The notes under the pieces: generated by a model
Database searches by the model: none
What the model was told of the DNA's origin: nothing
The model's input: the letters and a program-made list of their open reading frames with translations, nothing else
Translations under genes and position numbers: made by a program
NCBI GenBank assembly: GCA_964550175.1
Contig: CAZJXP010000001.1
Location: 706,774-770,773 of the forward strand
Direction of reading: 5' to 3'
From: an uncultured Methanosarcinales archaeon
Lineage (GTDB): Archaea > Nanobdellota > Nanobdellia > Woesearchaeales > ARS49
DNA length: 64,000 nt
In this document: piece after piece, positions 46,887 through 57,418 of the stretch
How the letters are laid out: every line of letters begins with the position of its first letter
Numbering within the stretch: position 1 is the stretch's first letter

Positions 46887-47327
46887 CTAAGCAAGCCAAA
46901 CAACAAAGAATCCTGTGAGCGTTCCCAACACGACGCCCCAGACACAGTCAGAGAAGTAATGTTTCTTCAGGAACGCGCGCGTGCTCGCGACCAATAACGC
47001 GACCACAATAAAGAACGTCGAGAGCCAAATCTTCTGGAACACATCCATCAAGACAATGGCGAGGATGGCGGCGCGCATCGAGTGCATGCTGACGGCGGTT
47101 CCGGCGTCGATCTTCTGCCACCAGGTGCGGTAGAGCACGGGCTTCGGTCGGTCGCGAATATAGAATGACCGGACAACCGAGATGATGACGTATGCGATGA
47201 CGAGACCGAGGAACAATCGCCAGAACGTTCCGAAGTCTTTGAGAAGAATGAATGTGGCGCTCGTTGCGAGATAGACTGGTAACCCGCCTAAGGCGCTAAG
47301 GTCGCTAATGACGTCGTCGAGTGACAT
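46887..47327 (-). CDS. PAP2-superfamily membrane phosphatase
   Basis: 'SMHS', 'SRAFLKKHYFSD' phosphatase motifs; 4-5 TM segments. Confidence 0.6.
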   Translation of the reverse strand: MSLDDVISDLSALGGLPVYLATSATFILLKDFGTFWRLFLGLVIAYVIISVVRSFYIRDRPKPVLYRTWWQKIDAGTAVSMHSMRAAILAIVLMDVFQKIWLSTFFIVVALLVASTRAFLKKHYFSDCVWGVVLGTLTGFFVVWLA

Positions 47328-47402
47328 AGCCGTACTTAGGAGTTGGAGGTATTTAAAGCTTGAGGGATATCTTTAAGTAGAGGTTATTCGCGCAAGACGT
47401 GT

Positions 47403-48041
47403 ATGGGGGAAACAGAGAAACAAGTCAAGAAGTATTTTTCGCGCAAAGTCAAGCGTGGAATCTATTCCGCAACGGTCGCGTTCTTGAAAAAGAATTACGC
47501 TCCCGGTAAAAAACTGCTCGACTTGGGCAGCGGCATCGGCATATTCTCCGATTACGCCAAGAAGCTGGGCTATGCCGTTCGAACGTGCGATTACGACCCT
47601 AACTATTGCGTTTTTCCGGATGTCAAAATAGATATCTGCGACGGCGACTGGAACCCGTTGCCGTACAAGAACCAATCGTTCGATGTTGTCTTGTATACGG
47701 AAGTCATCGAGCATGTCGGAAACCCGCTGCACTGGCTGCGGGAAATAAATCGAGTCTTGAAGCCTGGCGGAGTGGTCATTGTTTCAACTCCGAACCTGTT
47801 GAACTGGAAGCAGAAGCTTTGGTTCGTTTTCACGTCGTTCTTTGTCACGCACGCGATCGCCAAGAAACCCGGCGACCATATCACGCACATCACGCCGCAG
47901 TTCCTAAACTATTTCATGAACATCGAAGGGTTTGAGACGCACACGTTCTACGCGAACTCGTACGTTCCGTTCACTTCAATCAAGACGCCGAATTCTGCGC
48001 TGCTTTCCGACACGGTTTTTGTTGTCGGGAAGAAAAAGTAA
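47403..48041 (+). CDS. class I SAM-dependent methyltransferase
   Basis: 'LLDLGSGIGIF', 'VLYTEVIEHV'. Confidence 0.75.
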   Translation: MGETEKQVKKYFSRKVKRGIYSATVAFLKKNYAPGKKLLDLGSGIGIFSDYAKKLGYAVRTCDYDPNYCVFPDVKIDICDGDWNPLPYKNQSFDVVLYTEVIEHVGNPLHWLREINRVLKPGGVVIVSTPNLLNWKQKLWFVFTSFFVTHAIAKKPGDHITHITPQFLNYFMNIEGFETHTFYANSYVPFTSIKTPNSALLSDTVFVVGKKK

Positions 48042-48056
48042 CTAGCATACAATAAA

Positions 48057-48129
48057 TAGCCCCACCCGGATTCGAACCGGGGTCCGGTGGTCCAAAGCCA
48101 CCTATCCTTGACCGCTAGACGATGGGGCT
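48057..48129 (-). tRNA. tRNA-Gln (anticodon TTG)
   Basis: Acceptor AGCCCCA/TGGGGCT (A1:U72); anticodon stem GGTGG/CCACC with loop CTTTGGA; T arm CCCGG-TTCGAAT-CCGGG. TATA 'ctttttaaagc' upstream. Confidence 0.8.
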
Positions 48130-48227
48130 GGCGATACGTTTCCGTTCTCAAGACGCTTTAAAAAGGTTGCGTGAATAAGTTTTGCAGTTGCACAAAGATT
48201 AAGAATGAGCGGTCGTCCTGCAAAACC

Positions 48228-48995
48228 ATGATGAAGGGAATCATTCTCGCGGCGGGAAGAGGGTCGCGGATGCATCCGCACACCCACGCGACCAACAAGT
48301 GTTTGCTGCCCGTAGGCGACGTGCCAATGATCGTGCATCCGCTTAAGTGCCTGATCAACGCGGGCATCCGCGAGATATGCATCGTGACTGGCGGAGACCA
48401 CTTCGACGCGATCGCAAAACTATTGGGCTCAGGCCAAGACCTGAAGCATCTTGGAATCACCGTCCCTGTCTCGCTCGCGTACCGCGTGCAGGACAGCCCG
48501 CGCGGAAGCGCGGACGCCATCGGACTCGCGCGGATGGTCGTGGGCGAGAATGCTGTCGCGGTCCTGTTCGGCGACAACATCTATCAGGATTCGCAGGTTC
48601 TTAATGACGCGGTGGCGAGCTATGTCTCCGGCGGGCATATCTTCCTCAAAGAGGTCCCCGATGAACTCTTGTTCGAGGACAATAAAGGAATACGCAAGGC
48701 GAAGTACGGCATGGCGACGCTTCAAGGCGACAAAGTCATCAACATCGAGGAAAAGCCACAGCACCCGAAAAGCAATTTCGCGGTCACCGGAGCTTATCTT
48801 TATGACAAAGATGTTTTTGACGTGGTTTCGACGCTGAAACCGTCTGCGCGCGGCGAGCTTGAGATTACCGATGTGAACAATCACTATATCAACAAAGGAA
48901 CGATGCGTTCCTCCGTCATCAAAGGCTGGTGGACGGACGCCGGCAGCCCGAATACGTACGCATTGGCGAACAAACTGCTTTGGGAGAAAGAATAA
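48228..48995 (+). CDS. sugar-phosphate nucleotidyltransferase (RmlA/GalU-like)
   Basis: 'MKGIILAAGRGSRMHP...NKCLLPV'. Confidence 0.8.
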   Translation: MMKGIILAAGRGSRMHPHTHATNKCLLPVGDVPMIVHPLKCLINAGIREICIVTGGDHFDAIAKLLGSGQDLKHLGITVPVSLAYRVQDSPRGSADAIGLARMVVGENAVAVLFGDNIYQDSQVLNDAVASYVSGGHIFLKEVPDELLFEDNKGIRKAKYGMATLQGDKVINIEEKPQHPKSNFAVTGAYLYDKDVFDVVSTLKPSARGELEITDVNNHYINKGTMRSSVIKGWWTDAGSPNTYALANKLLWEKE

Positions 48996-49442
48996 TTATT
49001 TCTGCGCCGCATATTGTGACGCAAGAAGATCCGTGAAGAATTCTCGAATGCCGACAAAGTTCGCGAGCCTGATTCTTGCGTCTTTCCGAATCGGATACGC
49101 ATCTAGCCATTCGAGCGCGGGCTGGTCGGCCAAGAACGCGCCGTATGGTGTTCGTTGCGCAAGCCAAGGAAGGAATCGCGCAAGATCCTGCGCCTGAACA
49201 TCAAATCCTAATGAGTAGTTACCCCAATGCGAGGATGCGGCGATTTTGCGGCTTCCGATGCGGAACGCCAAGTGTTCCGCTTCGACACGGTAGAACTGCA
49301 CTTTTGCGTCGCCAACAATTGACTCAACCGCGAAATCGGCGTCATACTTCCTTCGCATCTTGGGGGATTCTTGCCAGGGCAGGCTCAAGTCCATCCATAG
49401 CTCTCTTGCGACGCGCTCAAGCTTGCTGATGGGTCTTTCCAT
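48996..49442 (-). CDS. hypothetical protein
   Basis: ORF only. Start ambiguous (49442 or 49394). Confidence 0.3.
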   Translation of the reverse strand: MERPISKLERVARELWMDLSLPWQESPKMRRKYDADFAVESIVGDAKVQFYRVEAEHLAFRIGSRKIAASSHWGNYSLGFDVQAQDLARFLPWLAQRTPYGAFLADQPALEWLDAYPIRKDARIRLANFVGIREFFTDLLASQYAAQK

Positions 49443-50181
49443 AGTCTTCCTCGGCAAAATGGCGTTTGCCCGGTATGATGAGGCAATGCACGGGTTTGCC
49501 AAAGTCTTTTTTTAGCACGTCTTTGGCTTTTCCTTGGATGATGAGCTGGGTTTTTGACGCAAGTCTGGCGCAGCCGATGACGAGCGTATTGTCGGTGACG
49601 AGCTTTTTCCCGTGCTTCTTTTCGAGCTTGAACAAATAATTGATTGCGTCATTGACGCTCATGAACTTGTTTTCGCCCGGCTTGAGGTCGAGCAAAAAGA
49701 GCGTGTGCGCGCCGATGGACTGGTTTTCCGCGAGGATTTGGTAAGGCGTATCCGGCTCGAAATTATCGTCCGTGAACGGGATGCTTGCTGTTTTTCCGAA
49801 CTTGTAGAGCTGCAATCCGGTTTCGCCGATTGCGGTCAAGATAGAGGCGTTATGGACGACGGCTGTTTTTATCTTCAGTTCCTTCGCGCGCATCAGCAAG
49901 TCCGTGTGCGTCGTTGCGGAAAGAGCGTCGCCGATGACGAGCAGCGAGACGTTCTTCGTTTTCGCGGGCTTTAACAGGAGTTCTTCTGCTTTCTGTTCCA
50001 CAACTGCGCGGTCAGCTAGGAGAATTTTCTTTCCGTAGAATGATTCGAGCTTTGAAACGGGAACTTGCAGCAAGGAAGTGTAGCTTTCCAAGTACACGAT
50101 GTCCGAATCCTTGACAAGCTCGAGCCCTTTGACCGAGATGTCCTTCTCGTCCGAAAGGCCGATGCCGATGAGGTTGAGCAT
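49417..50181 (-). CDS. dph5: diphthine synthase
   Basis: 'MLNLIGIGLSDEKDISVKGLE...DIVYLESYTS', tetrapyrrole-methylase fold. Confidence 0.85.
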   Translation of the reverse strand: MLNLIGIGLSDEKDISVKGLELVKDSDIVYLESYTSLLQVPVSKLESFYGKKILLADRAVVEQKAEELLLKPAKTKNVSLLVIGDALSATTHTDLLMRAKELKIKTAVVHNASILTAIGETGLQLYKFGKTASIPFTDDNFEPDTPYQILAENQSIGAHTLFLLDLKPGENKFMSVNDAINYLFKLEKKHGKKLVTDNTLVIGCARLASKTQLIIQGKAKDVLKKDFGKPVHCLIIPGKRHFAEEDYGKTHQQA

Positions 50182-50218
50182 GGCTCTTTTGTCGAGAGCT
50201 GCCTTTTAAACGTTGTGC

Positions 50219-50638
50219 TTAACGGCGAATCATGATACGCGCTTTTGGATTGTAAGGTACAATGCCATTAGGAAATCGATGCGCGATATCTTCCGTCTCA
50301 TCGAGAAAGGAAAATGAGGGAAAATTTTGCGGAAGTTCCAACATTAATGGTTTATTTTTTGAACTGTACAGTGTTATCACGTGGTCTACTAGGCGATCAT
50401 CTGGCTCTGCCGGAATTATGCTGATGATTTCCTTGGTAACGTTAATCTCGGCCACGATAGTGACCCAGCTTTCCTGCTCCTGCAAGTCGTCTTCTGAGTA
50501 CTGCAAACGGAAGATTCCGGGTTGCGCTTGAGCATGCAGATAAACTGACCTTCCATATGAGCCGGGTTGGTACTTGCCGCGCACCTTTTCAATCATGTGC
50601 TGTAGTTCTTGCGTTCGTTGTTCAAGCGTTTTTGCCAT
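50219..50638 (-). CDS. hypothetical protein
   Basis: ORF only. Confidence 0.35.
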   Translation of the reverse strand: MAKTLEQRTQELQHMIEKVRGKYQPGSYGRSVYLHAQAQPGIFRLQYSEDDLQEQESWVTIVAEINVTKEIISIIPAEPDDRLVDHVITLYSSKNKPLMLELPQNFPSFSFLDETEDIAHRFPNGIVPYNPKARIMIRR

Positions 50639-50695
50639 AATTCCAAGAAAAATTTAGGAATTTATAAACGGAATGAACTTCAGATCAGGATAAGA

Positions 50696-50722
50696 AATTA
50701 AAAAAATAAAAAAAGAAAGCCC
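50696..50722 (-). terminator. T-rich terminator of ftsZ (minus strand) followed by a GC hairpin
   Basis: Minus strand reads 'tttcttttttatttttttaattt'; adjacent hairpin 'gccctcgcgggccctc'. Confidence 0.4.
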
Positions 50723-50783
50723 TCGCGGGCCCTCTTGTGTCCTCCGCCATATTTGTTGGGGGGTACGGCGGAGGCAAAGAAAA

Positions 50784-51854
50784 TCAGTTGACGATTTCGA
50801 TGCCGAGTTCGTCGCTCATTCGCGCCTGCTTGGCGGCGACGTCCTTCTTGACGTTCGATGAGCCGGTGATGTACGGCGAAGTCACGCCGGTGATGATGGT
50901 CATCACCATGAACTTGCCCTTCATCTCGTCCTGCACTCGAGCGCCCCAGATGACGTTCGCGTCCTCATCGAGCGATTCGGTGATCAGTTCGCCTGCGCGG
51001 TTGATCTCGTCGAGGGTCATGTCCGGACCGCCGACAACCTGGATCAACGCTCCCGTCGCGCCCTGGTAGTTGATGTCCAGGAGCGGGTTCTCGAGCGCGC
51101 CGCGGACAGCTTCTTCGACTCGGCTGTTCGTGTCAGATGTTCCGACACCGATAGCAGCGACGCCGCCGTTGGTCATGATGGCTCGCACGTCGGCGAAGTC
51201 AAGGTTGACCAAGCTCGGAACTGCGATGGTTTCGACAATTCCGCGGATCATCGTGCTGATGAGTTCGTTCGCGACGGCAAACGCCTGCTGGATCGGGAGG
51301 TTTCCCGCGATCTGGACGAGTCGGTTGTTGTCGATGACGATGACGGTGTCAGATGCCTTTCGCAACTGAGCGAGACCGAATTCGGCCTTGTCGACCCGCG
51401 CGCGTTCAATCTTGAACGGCATCGTGACGGTGCCGATGACAATTGCGCCCATGTCCTTCGCGATTTGCGCGACGATCGGAGCTGAACCCGTACCGGTTCC
51501 GCCGCCCATTCCGGCGCAGACGAAGACCATGTCGGAACCCTTGAGCACCATCTTGAGTTCGTTGACGCTCTCCTGAGCGGCTTCGGCTCCCTTTTGCGGG
51601 AATCCGCCGCAGCCCAATCCGCGCGTGACGTCTTTGCCAATCAAGAATTTCTTGTCAGCTTCTGAGATTTTGAGATGCTGTTGGTCGGTGTTGACCGCGA
51701 TGATTTCCGCGCCCTTGACGCCTCGCTTGTACAACCAGGTAACCATGTTGTTACCGCCGCCACCGCAGCCGATGACCTTGATATTCGCTTGACCGACCGA
51801 GAGGTCGTCATTTTGCTGTGCCTGCTGTTGTGCTCGTTCTACAATAAAGTCCAT
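50784..51854 (-). CDS. ftsZ: cell division GTPase FtsZ
   Basis: 'GCGGGGNN', '[12 protein letters not shown]', 'IVIDNNRL'. SD-like 'ggggg' upstream of the start. Confidence 0.9.
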   Translation of the reverse strand: MDFIVERAQQQAQQNDDLSVGQANIKVIGCGGGGNNMVTWLYKRGVKGAEIIAVNTDQQHLKISEADKKFLIGKDVTRGLGCGGFPQKGAEAAQESVNELKMVLKGSDMVFVCAGMGGGTGTGSAPIVAQIAKDMGAIVIGTVTMPFKIERARVDKAEFGLAQLRKASDTVIVIDNNRLVQIAGNLPIQQAFAVANELISTMIRGIVETIAVPSLVNLDFADVRAIMTNGGVAAIGVGTSDTNSRVEEAVRGALENPLLDINYQGATGALIQVVGGPDMTLDEINRAGELITESLDEDANVIWGARVQDEMKGKFMVMTIITGVTSPYITGSSNVKKDVAAKQARMSDELGIEIVN

Positions 51855-52242
51855 TTGTTTTTTCCCCCGTTTTTTGGTTTGTTGACAATGCATTAGCGTG
51901 TGCAGTATATAGGTTCCACTACCAAAACCTTTATATGCAACTTTATACCAATGCCTCTTAGAACAACACGATTGCTTCGCGCCAACGAACGATCGTCAGC
52001 GGTGTTTTTCGAACGCCAATTCGAAACACACGAAATTGAATTTTCCAAACCCACAGTTGATTTTTACTTCCCCGCCAAGGGTCGTCGAAATCGTTTATTT
52101 TATCTCTTTCGTATTTAAACTTCTTTATATACTTTATTGTGTTTAAATATAGCTTTTAAAGGACTAGGCCTACGGTTCTGATGGAATTCTACCTTGATTT
52201 CGCGTGGAAAGGTTTAAAAAGACACCGACGATAAATCATATC

Positions 52243-52587
52243 ATGTTCAAACAATTTGTTTATGCGGGATTGTTGGCAACAATTGCAGGCTGTGATATAC
52301 AATCAACCCCAGCCTCGTCAAAACCTACGTCACCACCTGTGCCCGTGCTCAATGCATACGAGAAAAACACGTACGTTCCCATCCAGTCATTTGATACCTT
52401 TGGTCGTTATGAAAACCCCAATGATGTCACGTATGAATGTAAAGGAGTTACTACGGGAGATCTTGATGGCGACGGTGATGTAGATGTCATCATCATTACG
52501 AATCGCGGATACTTTTTGATTGAAAATAAACTACCGCAAAAAACTCTCGACGCAAAATTAACTCCTGAACAAGAAGATAAGAAATAA
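52243..52587 (+). CDS. small lipoprotein with FG-GAP/VCBS-like 'GDLDGDGDVDV' motif
   Basis: Lipobox 'TIAGC'. TATA 'ctttatatact' upstream. Confidence 0.45.
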   Translation: MFKQFVYAGLLATIAGCDIQSTPASSKPTSPPVPVLNAYEKNTYVPIQSFDTFGRYENPNDVTYECKGVTTGDLDGDGDVDVIIITNRGYFLIENKLPQKTLDAKLTPEQEDKK

Positions 52588-53250
52588 CTATTTCACTTTC
52601 TGCAATTTCTTTAACGCGTTTTCGGCCCACTGACGCGCGGCCTGCAAGGCTTTCGAGACGTGCGTCGAATACGTGCCGAACAATTCGGCTTCGTCGCTGA
52701 CGCGGTTGCCGTGCTTGTGGAAAAAAACGAGATTGTGAAGTTCGAACTTTAAGGGCGCAACGGGTTTCTCGTCGGAATAACCAATAGTTATTACGCCGAT
52801 CGGCATGACGTCGTCGGGAATAACGCAGGCTTTTTTCAGCAAGCGCTCGTCGAATGCGCTGACCCAGCAGGCGCCGAGATGTTGCGCATGAGCGGCGAGC
52901 AACATATTTTCCGCCGCGGCAGCGCCGTCGAGAATCGCGTACAATTCTTGCCCGCGCTTGCCGTAATAGCGTTCTGACTTTTTCGGCTCGACGCAAATCA
53001 CGATATTTAGCGGGGCTTGCGCCATCCAGTATTGCTGGAGGCAGGCTTCTGAAATTTCGAGTCGTTGCTCGGGAGAAATGACGAGGATGAATTTCCACGG
53101 CTGAATGTTGCCTGCAGATGGGGCGAGACGCCCGGCGTCAAGAATGCGGCCTATCTTTTCGAACTCAATCGGGATGTCGAGATATTTCCTGATGCTTCTT
53201 CGCGAACGGATAGCCTCTAACGCGGACAGCATATCCTCTTTTTTGTGCAT
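52588..53250 (-). CDS. nitroreductase-family oxidoreductase
   Basis: 'RRSIRKY', 'PSAGNIQPW'. Confidence 0.8.
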   Translation of the reverse strand: MHKKEDMLSALEAIRSRRSIRKYLDIPIEFEKIGRILDAGRLAPSAGNIQPWKFILVISPEQRLEISEACLQQYWMAQAPLNIVICVEPKKSERYYGKRGQELYAILDGAAAAENMLLAAHAQHLGACWVSAFDERLLKKACVIPDDVMPIGVITIGYSDEKPVAPLKFELHNLVFFHKHGNRVSDEAELFGTYSTHVSKALQAARQWAENALKKLQKVK

Positions 53251-53324
53251 ACGATGTCTAACGAGAATCCGTTTATAAAGCTTTCAGTAGCTCGGAGGAA
53301 CTTTTTACGATGAGGATTCGAGGT

Positions 53325-53368
53325 CCACATGTACATCCGAACCCACTGGATTCGGATTGTGCCACCAC
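53325..53368. repeat. palindromic hairpin module of the composite repeat (solo copy)
   Basis: 'gtacatccgaacccactggattcggattgtgccaccacgtttgg'. Confidence 0.5.
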
Positions 53369-53529
53369 GTTTGGAAGTTCGTCGTCAGAGGTTAAAGAAT
53401 CTGAAGTTGCTGTAACGACGACTCAAAAATTTCGAACTCGGTTCGAAAATTCTCGAACGCAACGTTCGAGATATCTGCCGGTGCGAGCCCGCGTAGTGGG
53501 AACAGTAACGAACAAGGCAGCAGAGGTAA

Positions 53530-53850
53530 CTAATAACCCTTGCCCAACTCGTCCGCGATGTTCATGCAGGCAGTCGTGAGCTTTTGCCTTCGCGGCTGCT
53601 CGAGCCCCATATAGGCCCGGACATCGTTGATGAGCTGCTGCGGAGCATAGCCTTGCTTTGCGATTGCAGAAGAGAGCTTCATTCCATCCGTGAGCATTAT
53701 TCGCTCCAATTCTTCGATGAGTTTTGGAGGAACATCGGAGTCAGGATGAAAAACAAGATCAATTCCCGTGCGCCGGAACAGGTGGCTAAAATCAGTCTTA
53801 TCGCTTGCGCTCATCAAAAATACCTCTACAGCACGCTGATTTAAATGCAT
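53530..53850 (-). CDS. hypothetical protein
   Basis: ORF only. Confidence 0.3.
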   Translation of the reverse strand: MHLNQRAVEVFLMSASDKTDFSHLFRRTGIDLVFHPDSDVPPKLIEELERIMLTDGMKLSSAIAKQGYAPQQLINDVRAYMGLEQPRRQKLTTACMNIADELGKGY

Positions 53851-53910
53851 TATTGGTTTACAACAGTTGCTTTGCCATACTTTTTTATAGTAACATTCTG
53901 AAGAACTCCT

Positions 53911-55692
53911 ATGCGCTACGCAGAATTAGCCGAAGTCTACGAGAAGCTGACTTCGACGACGAAACGTCTCGAGAAAACGCATATCCTTTCGGAATTCATG
54001 AAGCGCATTCCGGAAACTGATTTTGACCATGTGCTGCTCTTGGTGCAAGGACGCATCTTTCCGGCATGGGACCAGCGCGACATCGGCATGGCGAACCAAT
54101 TGGTGTTGAAGGCGATGAATCTTGCAACCGGCGTCGATTTGGTAACTATTGAGAAACGTTTCAAAAAAACCGGCGATCTCGGGCTGACGACGTTCGAGCT
54201 GATGAAAACAAAGACACAAGCGACCTTGTTCAGCCAATCATTATCCACCAAAAAAGTGTTTGACAATCTTAGAAAGCTTGCGACACTTGAGGGGGCGGGA
54301 ATGGTTCAGGCGAAGACGCAGCTCGTGGCTGAATTATTGACGAGCGCGACCCCGATTGAAGCACAATATCTTGTCAGAACCGTGCTGCAGGACCTCAGGA
54401 TCGGGCTGGGCGAAGGAACGATGCGCGACGCCATCGTCTGGGCGTTCTTCCTCAAGGACACGGGCTGCCATTATGATGAAGCGAAGAAAACGCTCGTCAT
54501 CCCGGAAAACCGTGAGAAATACGCTTCATACGTTGCTGCCGTTCAGGACGCCATCAATCTCACAAATGACTTTTCTTCGGTAGCTCGAACTGCGAAGAAG
54601 AAAGGATTAGCGGGACTGAAAAACATTGAATTGAATTCCGAAACTCCGATTAAAGTCATGTTGTATCCTAAAGCGAAAGGAATTGAGGACGCGTTCGAGA
54701 TCGTAGGCTCGCCGGCCGCGTTCGAGTACAAGTACGACGGATTCAGGATCCAAATCCACAAGAAAGGCAAAAATGTCATGCTTTTCACGCGCAGCTTGGA
54801 AAATGTCACGGCGCAATTTCCCGAAGTCGTGAAGCTCGTGCTTGACAAAGTCAAGGGAGATGAATTTATCCTCGATGGCGAGGCCGTTGGGTTCGACAAG
54901 GCCACGAGCAAATACGTCCCGTTCCAAAGCATCAGCCAGCGCATAAAAAGAAAATATGACATCGCTGCGCTCGCGGCAAAGATTCCGGTTGAAGTGAATT
55001 TGTTTGACGTCATCTCGTACGAAGGGAAGGATTTGCTCTTGACGCCGTTTCACGAGCGTCGAGTATTACTGAAATCATTAGTTGCGAAGCCTGAGATTCA
55101 TAAGTTGAAATTGGCGGAGCAGATCATCACGGACTCGGTCAAAGAAGCCGAGAAATTCTACAAGCAAAGCCTCGCGACGGGGAATGAAGGAATCATGGTC
55201 AAGTCATTGTCGGGACAGTACATCCCCGGCGCGCGCGTCGGGCAGGGCGTGAAGGTCAAGCCAGTCATGGACACGCTCGAAGTCGCGGTTGTCGGCGCCG
55301 AATGGGGGGAAGGGAAGCGCGGCAAATGGCTGGCGACATTCGTCATCGCCGTGCGTGACGCCGATACCGGCGAACTGATGGAAATCGGACGCGTCGGCAC
55401 CGGATTCAAGGAAAAAGAGGAAGAAGCGGTCGACGGCGGAGTTACGTTCCAGAAGATGACGGATTTGCTGAAACCATTAGTTGACGGAACTGACGGTCGC
55501 GTCGTTTCGGTGCGGCCGAAAATCGTCATCGAAGTCAATTATGAGGAAATTCAGGCGAGCCCGACGTACTCTTCAGGCTATGCGTTGCGGTTTCCGCGAT
55601 TCGTGAAATTGCGAGAGGATAGAGGACCTGACGACGTTTCCACGCTCGCGGACGTCGAACAGCTTTATTCCGGCCAGCGCGGAAGAAATTAA
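53911..55692 (+). CDS. lig: ATP-dependent DNA ligase
   Basis: 'EYKYDGFRIQIH' (KxDG), 'DGEAV', 'EGIMVK', OB domain. Confidence 0.9.
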   Translation: MRYAELAEVYEKLTSTTKRLEKTHILSEFMKRIPETDFDHVLLLVQGRIFPAWDQRDIGMANQLVLKAMNLATGVDLVTIEKRFKKTGDLGLTTFELMKTKTQATLFSQSLSTKKVFDNLRKLATLEGAGMVQAKTQLVAELLTSATPIEAQYLVRTVLQDLRIGLGEGTMRDAIVWAFFLKDTGCHYDEAKKTLVIPENREKYASYVAAVQDAINLTNDFSSVARTAKKKGLAGLKNIELNSETPIKVMLYPKAKGIEDAFEIVGSPAAFEYKYDGFRIQIHKKGKNVMLFTRSLENVTAQFPEVVKLVLDKVKGDEFILDGEAVGFDKATSKYVPFQSISQRIKRKYDIAALAAKIPVEVNLFDVISYEGKDLLLTPFHERRVLLKSLVAKPEIHKLKLAEQIITDSVKEAEKFYKQSLATGNEGIMVKSLSGQYIPGARVGQGVKVKPVMDTLEVAVVGAEWGEGKRGKWLATFVIAVRDADTGELMEIGRVGTGFKEKEEEAVDGGVTFQKMTDLLKPLVDGTDGRVVSVRPKIVIEVNYEEIQASPTYSSGYALRFPRFVKLREDRGPDDVSTLADVEQLYSGQRGRN

Positions 55693-55714
55693 GTGTTGCG
55701 TTGGCTTTCCCCGG

Positions 55715-55790
55715 CCGTTATTGTCATGCCGTTTCGTACGTTAACGACGACTCAAAATCTGCCGGCGCGAGTCAACGTGTGGGGTAGGCT
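55715..55790. repeat. partial MITE-like repeat (tail module), copy I
   Basis: 'taacgacgactcaaaatctgccggcgcgagtcaacgtgtgggg'. Confidence 0.5.
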
Positions 55791-55830
55791 TGCGTTGAAA
55801 TGCATTCGTGCAGCGTCATTCTTTCCATAA

Positions 55831-55842
55831 GGTATATAAAGC
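55831..55842 (+). promoter_or_regulatory. TATA box for tRNA-Arg
   Basis: 'ggtatataaagc' about 25 nt upstream. Confidence 0.4.
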
Positions 55843-55861
55843 GACCCCGAGCTTTTCAGAC

Positions 55862-55935
55862 GTATTACCTTGCTCCCGTAGTATAGCTTGGATAGTACGC
55901 GGCCCTGCGGAGGCCGCAGCCGGGGTTCAAATCCC
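55862..55935 (+). tRNA. tRNA-Arg (anticodon GCG)
   Basis: Acceptor GCTCCCG/CGGGGGC; anticodon stem CGGCC/GGCCG with loop CTGCGGA; T arm CGGGG-TTCAAAT-CCCCG. Confidence 0.85.
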
Positions 55936-56022
55936 CGCGGGGGCGTCTTACTTCATTTGTAGTCACTTCGTAGTGGTTAATAATAGAAAGATTTATAAAG
56001 GGGAACTTGGGTTATTGACGGT

Positions 56023-57357
56023 ATGACCGAATCTGAGCACCGCATCGACGCGACGTCGAAAGACTCCCAGCACGGCGTAGATGCCCGACTCGAGAATGAG
56101 ATTCGAAAGCACGCGCTCAACGCGCTTCTCTACATCAACCAGCGCGCGAGCCTAACGACCGAAACCATTGATGGAAAGACCGTTGAACTCAGCCCGCTTG
56201 AATCGGCTTGCAGAGCTATTGCCTTGTCCGTTTCTGATGTGTTCTCCCATACCAAAAATTCGGAGGGCACCATCGATTGCGCCGTGAGCATTGCGCCGAA
56301 ATCCGATCCGAAGCAAGCGCGCGTCTACGCGATCAAGGAATCGGACGACGAACATTGGAAAGACCTCAACGGCGTGCACCATCGACAGGGAGCATCCAAC
56401 TTCGCAACCTACGAGATTCCCCTCGGCGCGGACGCGACGAACACCGCGCTGATTTACATCTGCGCACCGCTGAGCCAAGTTGACGATTATGTCCAATTCC
56501 GATTCTTGCAGGAAATAAAGCCCCATTTAGCGACGACCTTGAAGGTGGCGAACGGCCGCACCAAGGAACTTGACGCTAACCGAAACTTGACGAAGAAATT
56601 CGTGCGCAGCCATCTCGGCAAGAACTATGAGCTCGCCGAAATTTCAATCCTTCCGCCGTATTTCAAGAAAAGCTCGGGGTTGCAGCTGTTGGGAAAAGTC
56701 ATCCAGAAGATGCACAAGTCAAACGAACCGTTGAGCGTCATGATACTTGACTTCGACAATTTCCATGATTATAACGGTGCCTATGGCCACGGTCAAGGAG
56801 ATGTTGCGCTCACACATCTGGGACGGGAAATCTACAAAAATATCGATCATACCCATCCGCACGACATCAAAAGCATCTACGATTATTTGCTCGCCTCTTC
56901 GTGCCCGGGCGACTCGGCAAACCACGAGCCCGACGCGGAAAAGCACTTTAAAGCGTGCGAAGAATGGAAGAACCAAATTGTCGAGAACCTCGCGCACAAG
57001 ACTCCAGGCGACTTCCTCATCAGATACGGCGGCGAAGAGCTCGTCGCGGTTCTTGTCGGAGCAACTCCTCAACAGGCAGAAAGCGCGGCCAAGCGAGTGC
57101 AGCAGCACATCAACGACTTAGTGATTCCCGCGCCGATGAACAGCAAAGCCCAGAGGCTCTACGGCCCGAAGCAGCTGCCCGTCAGCAAAGTCACCGTTTC
57201 CATCGGGGTCAGCGGCATGCTGCCCGATTCGATGATATCAGGTAAAGAGCTCATTGAAGAGGCGGACGGCGCGCTGTACGCGGCGAAAGACGCGGGCAGA
57301 AACCGCGTCATGCTGTACGATCCTGCGACGATGAAACCGCACGTTACCCAAGAGTAA
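56023..57357 (+). CDS. GGDEF-domain nucleotide cyclase (GGEEL variant) with N-terminal sensor-like domain
   Basis: 'MILDFDNFHDYNGAYGHGQGDVAL', 'RYGGEELVAVL', 'VTVSIGVS', 'EADGALYAAKDAGRNRV'. Confidence 0.8.
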   Translation: MTESEHRIDATSKDSQHGVDARLENEIRKHALNALLYINQRASLTTETIDGKTVELSPLESACRAIALSVSDVFSHTKNSEGTIDCAVSIAPKSDPKQARVYAIKESDDEHWKDLNGVHHRQGASNFATYEIPLGADATNTALIYICAPLSQVDDYVQFRFLQEIKPHLATTLKVANGRTKELDANRNLTKKFVRSHLGKNYELAEISILPPYFKKSSGLQLLGKVIQKMHKSNEPLSVMILDFDNFHDYNGAYGHGQGDVALTHLGREIYKNIDHTHPHDIKSIYDYLLASSCPGDSANHEPDAEKHFKACEEWKNQIVENLAHKTPGDFLIRYGGEELVAVLVGATPQQAESAAKRVQQHINDLVIPAPMNSKAQRLYGPKQLPVSKVTVSIGVSGMLPDSMISGKELIEEADGALYAAKDAGRNRVMLYDPATMKPHVTQE

Positions 57358-57418
57358 CCTTTTAATAGTAGTAATTTAAAAAGCTCCCAGGAGCTTCAGG
57401 AAGGGGTGGAGATGAACA

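Noticed and set aside
48057-48129. Initial reading of this tRNA as tRNA-Pro (TGG)
   Set aside because: Re-indexing the 7-nt anticodon loop CTTTGGA puts positions 34-36 at TTG, so it is tRNA-Gln. The A1:U72 pair is consistent with archaeal tRNA-Gln.
51858-52242. 385-bp AT-rich non-coding region upstream of ftsZ as a possible ncRNA or origin
   Set aside because: It contains several TATA-like motifs for the divergent ftsZ and lipoprotein genes but no ORB-like repeats or clear structure. Evidence is insufficient.
53310-53579. 89-aa plus-strand ORF
   Set aside because: It spans the palindromic repeat module and the 3' end of the adjacent minus-strand ORF. Its Arg/Ser-rich product has no start context.
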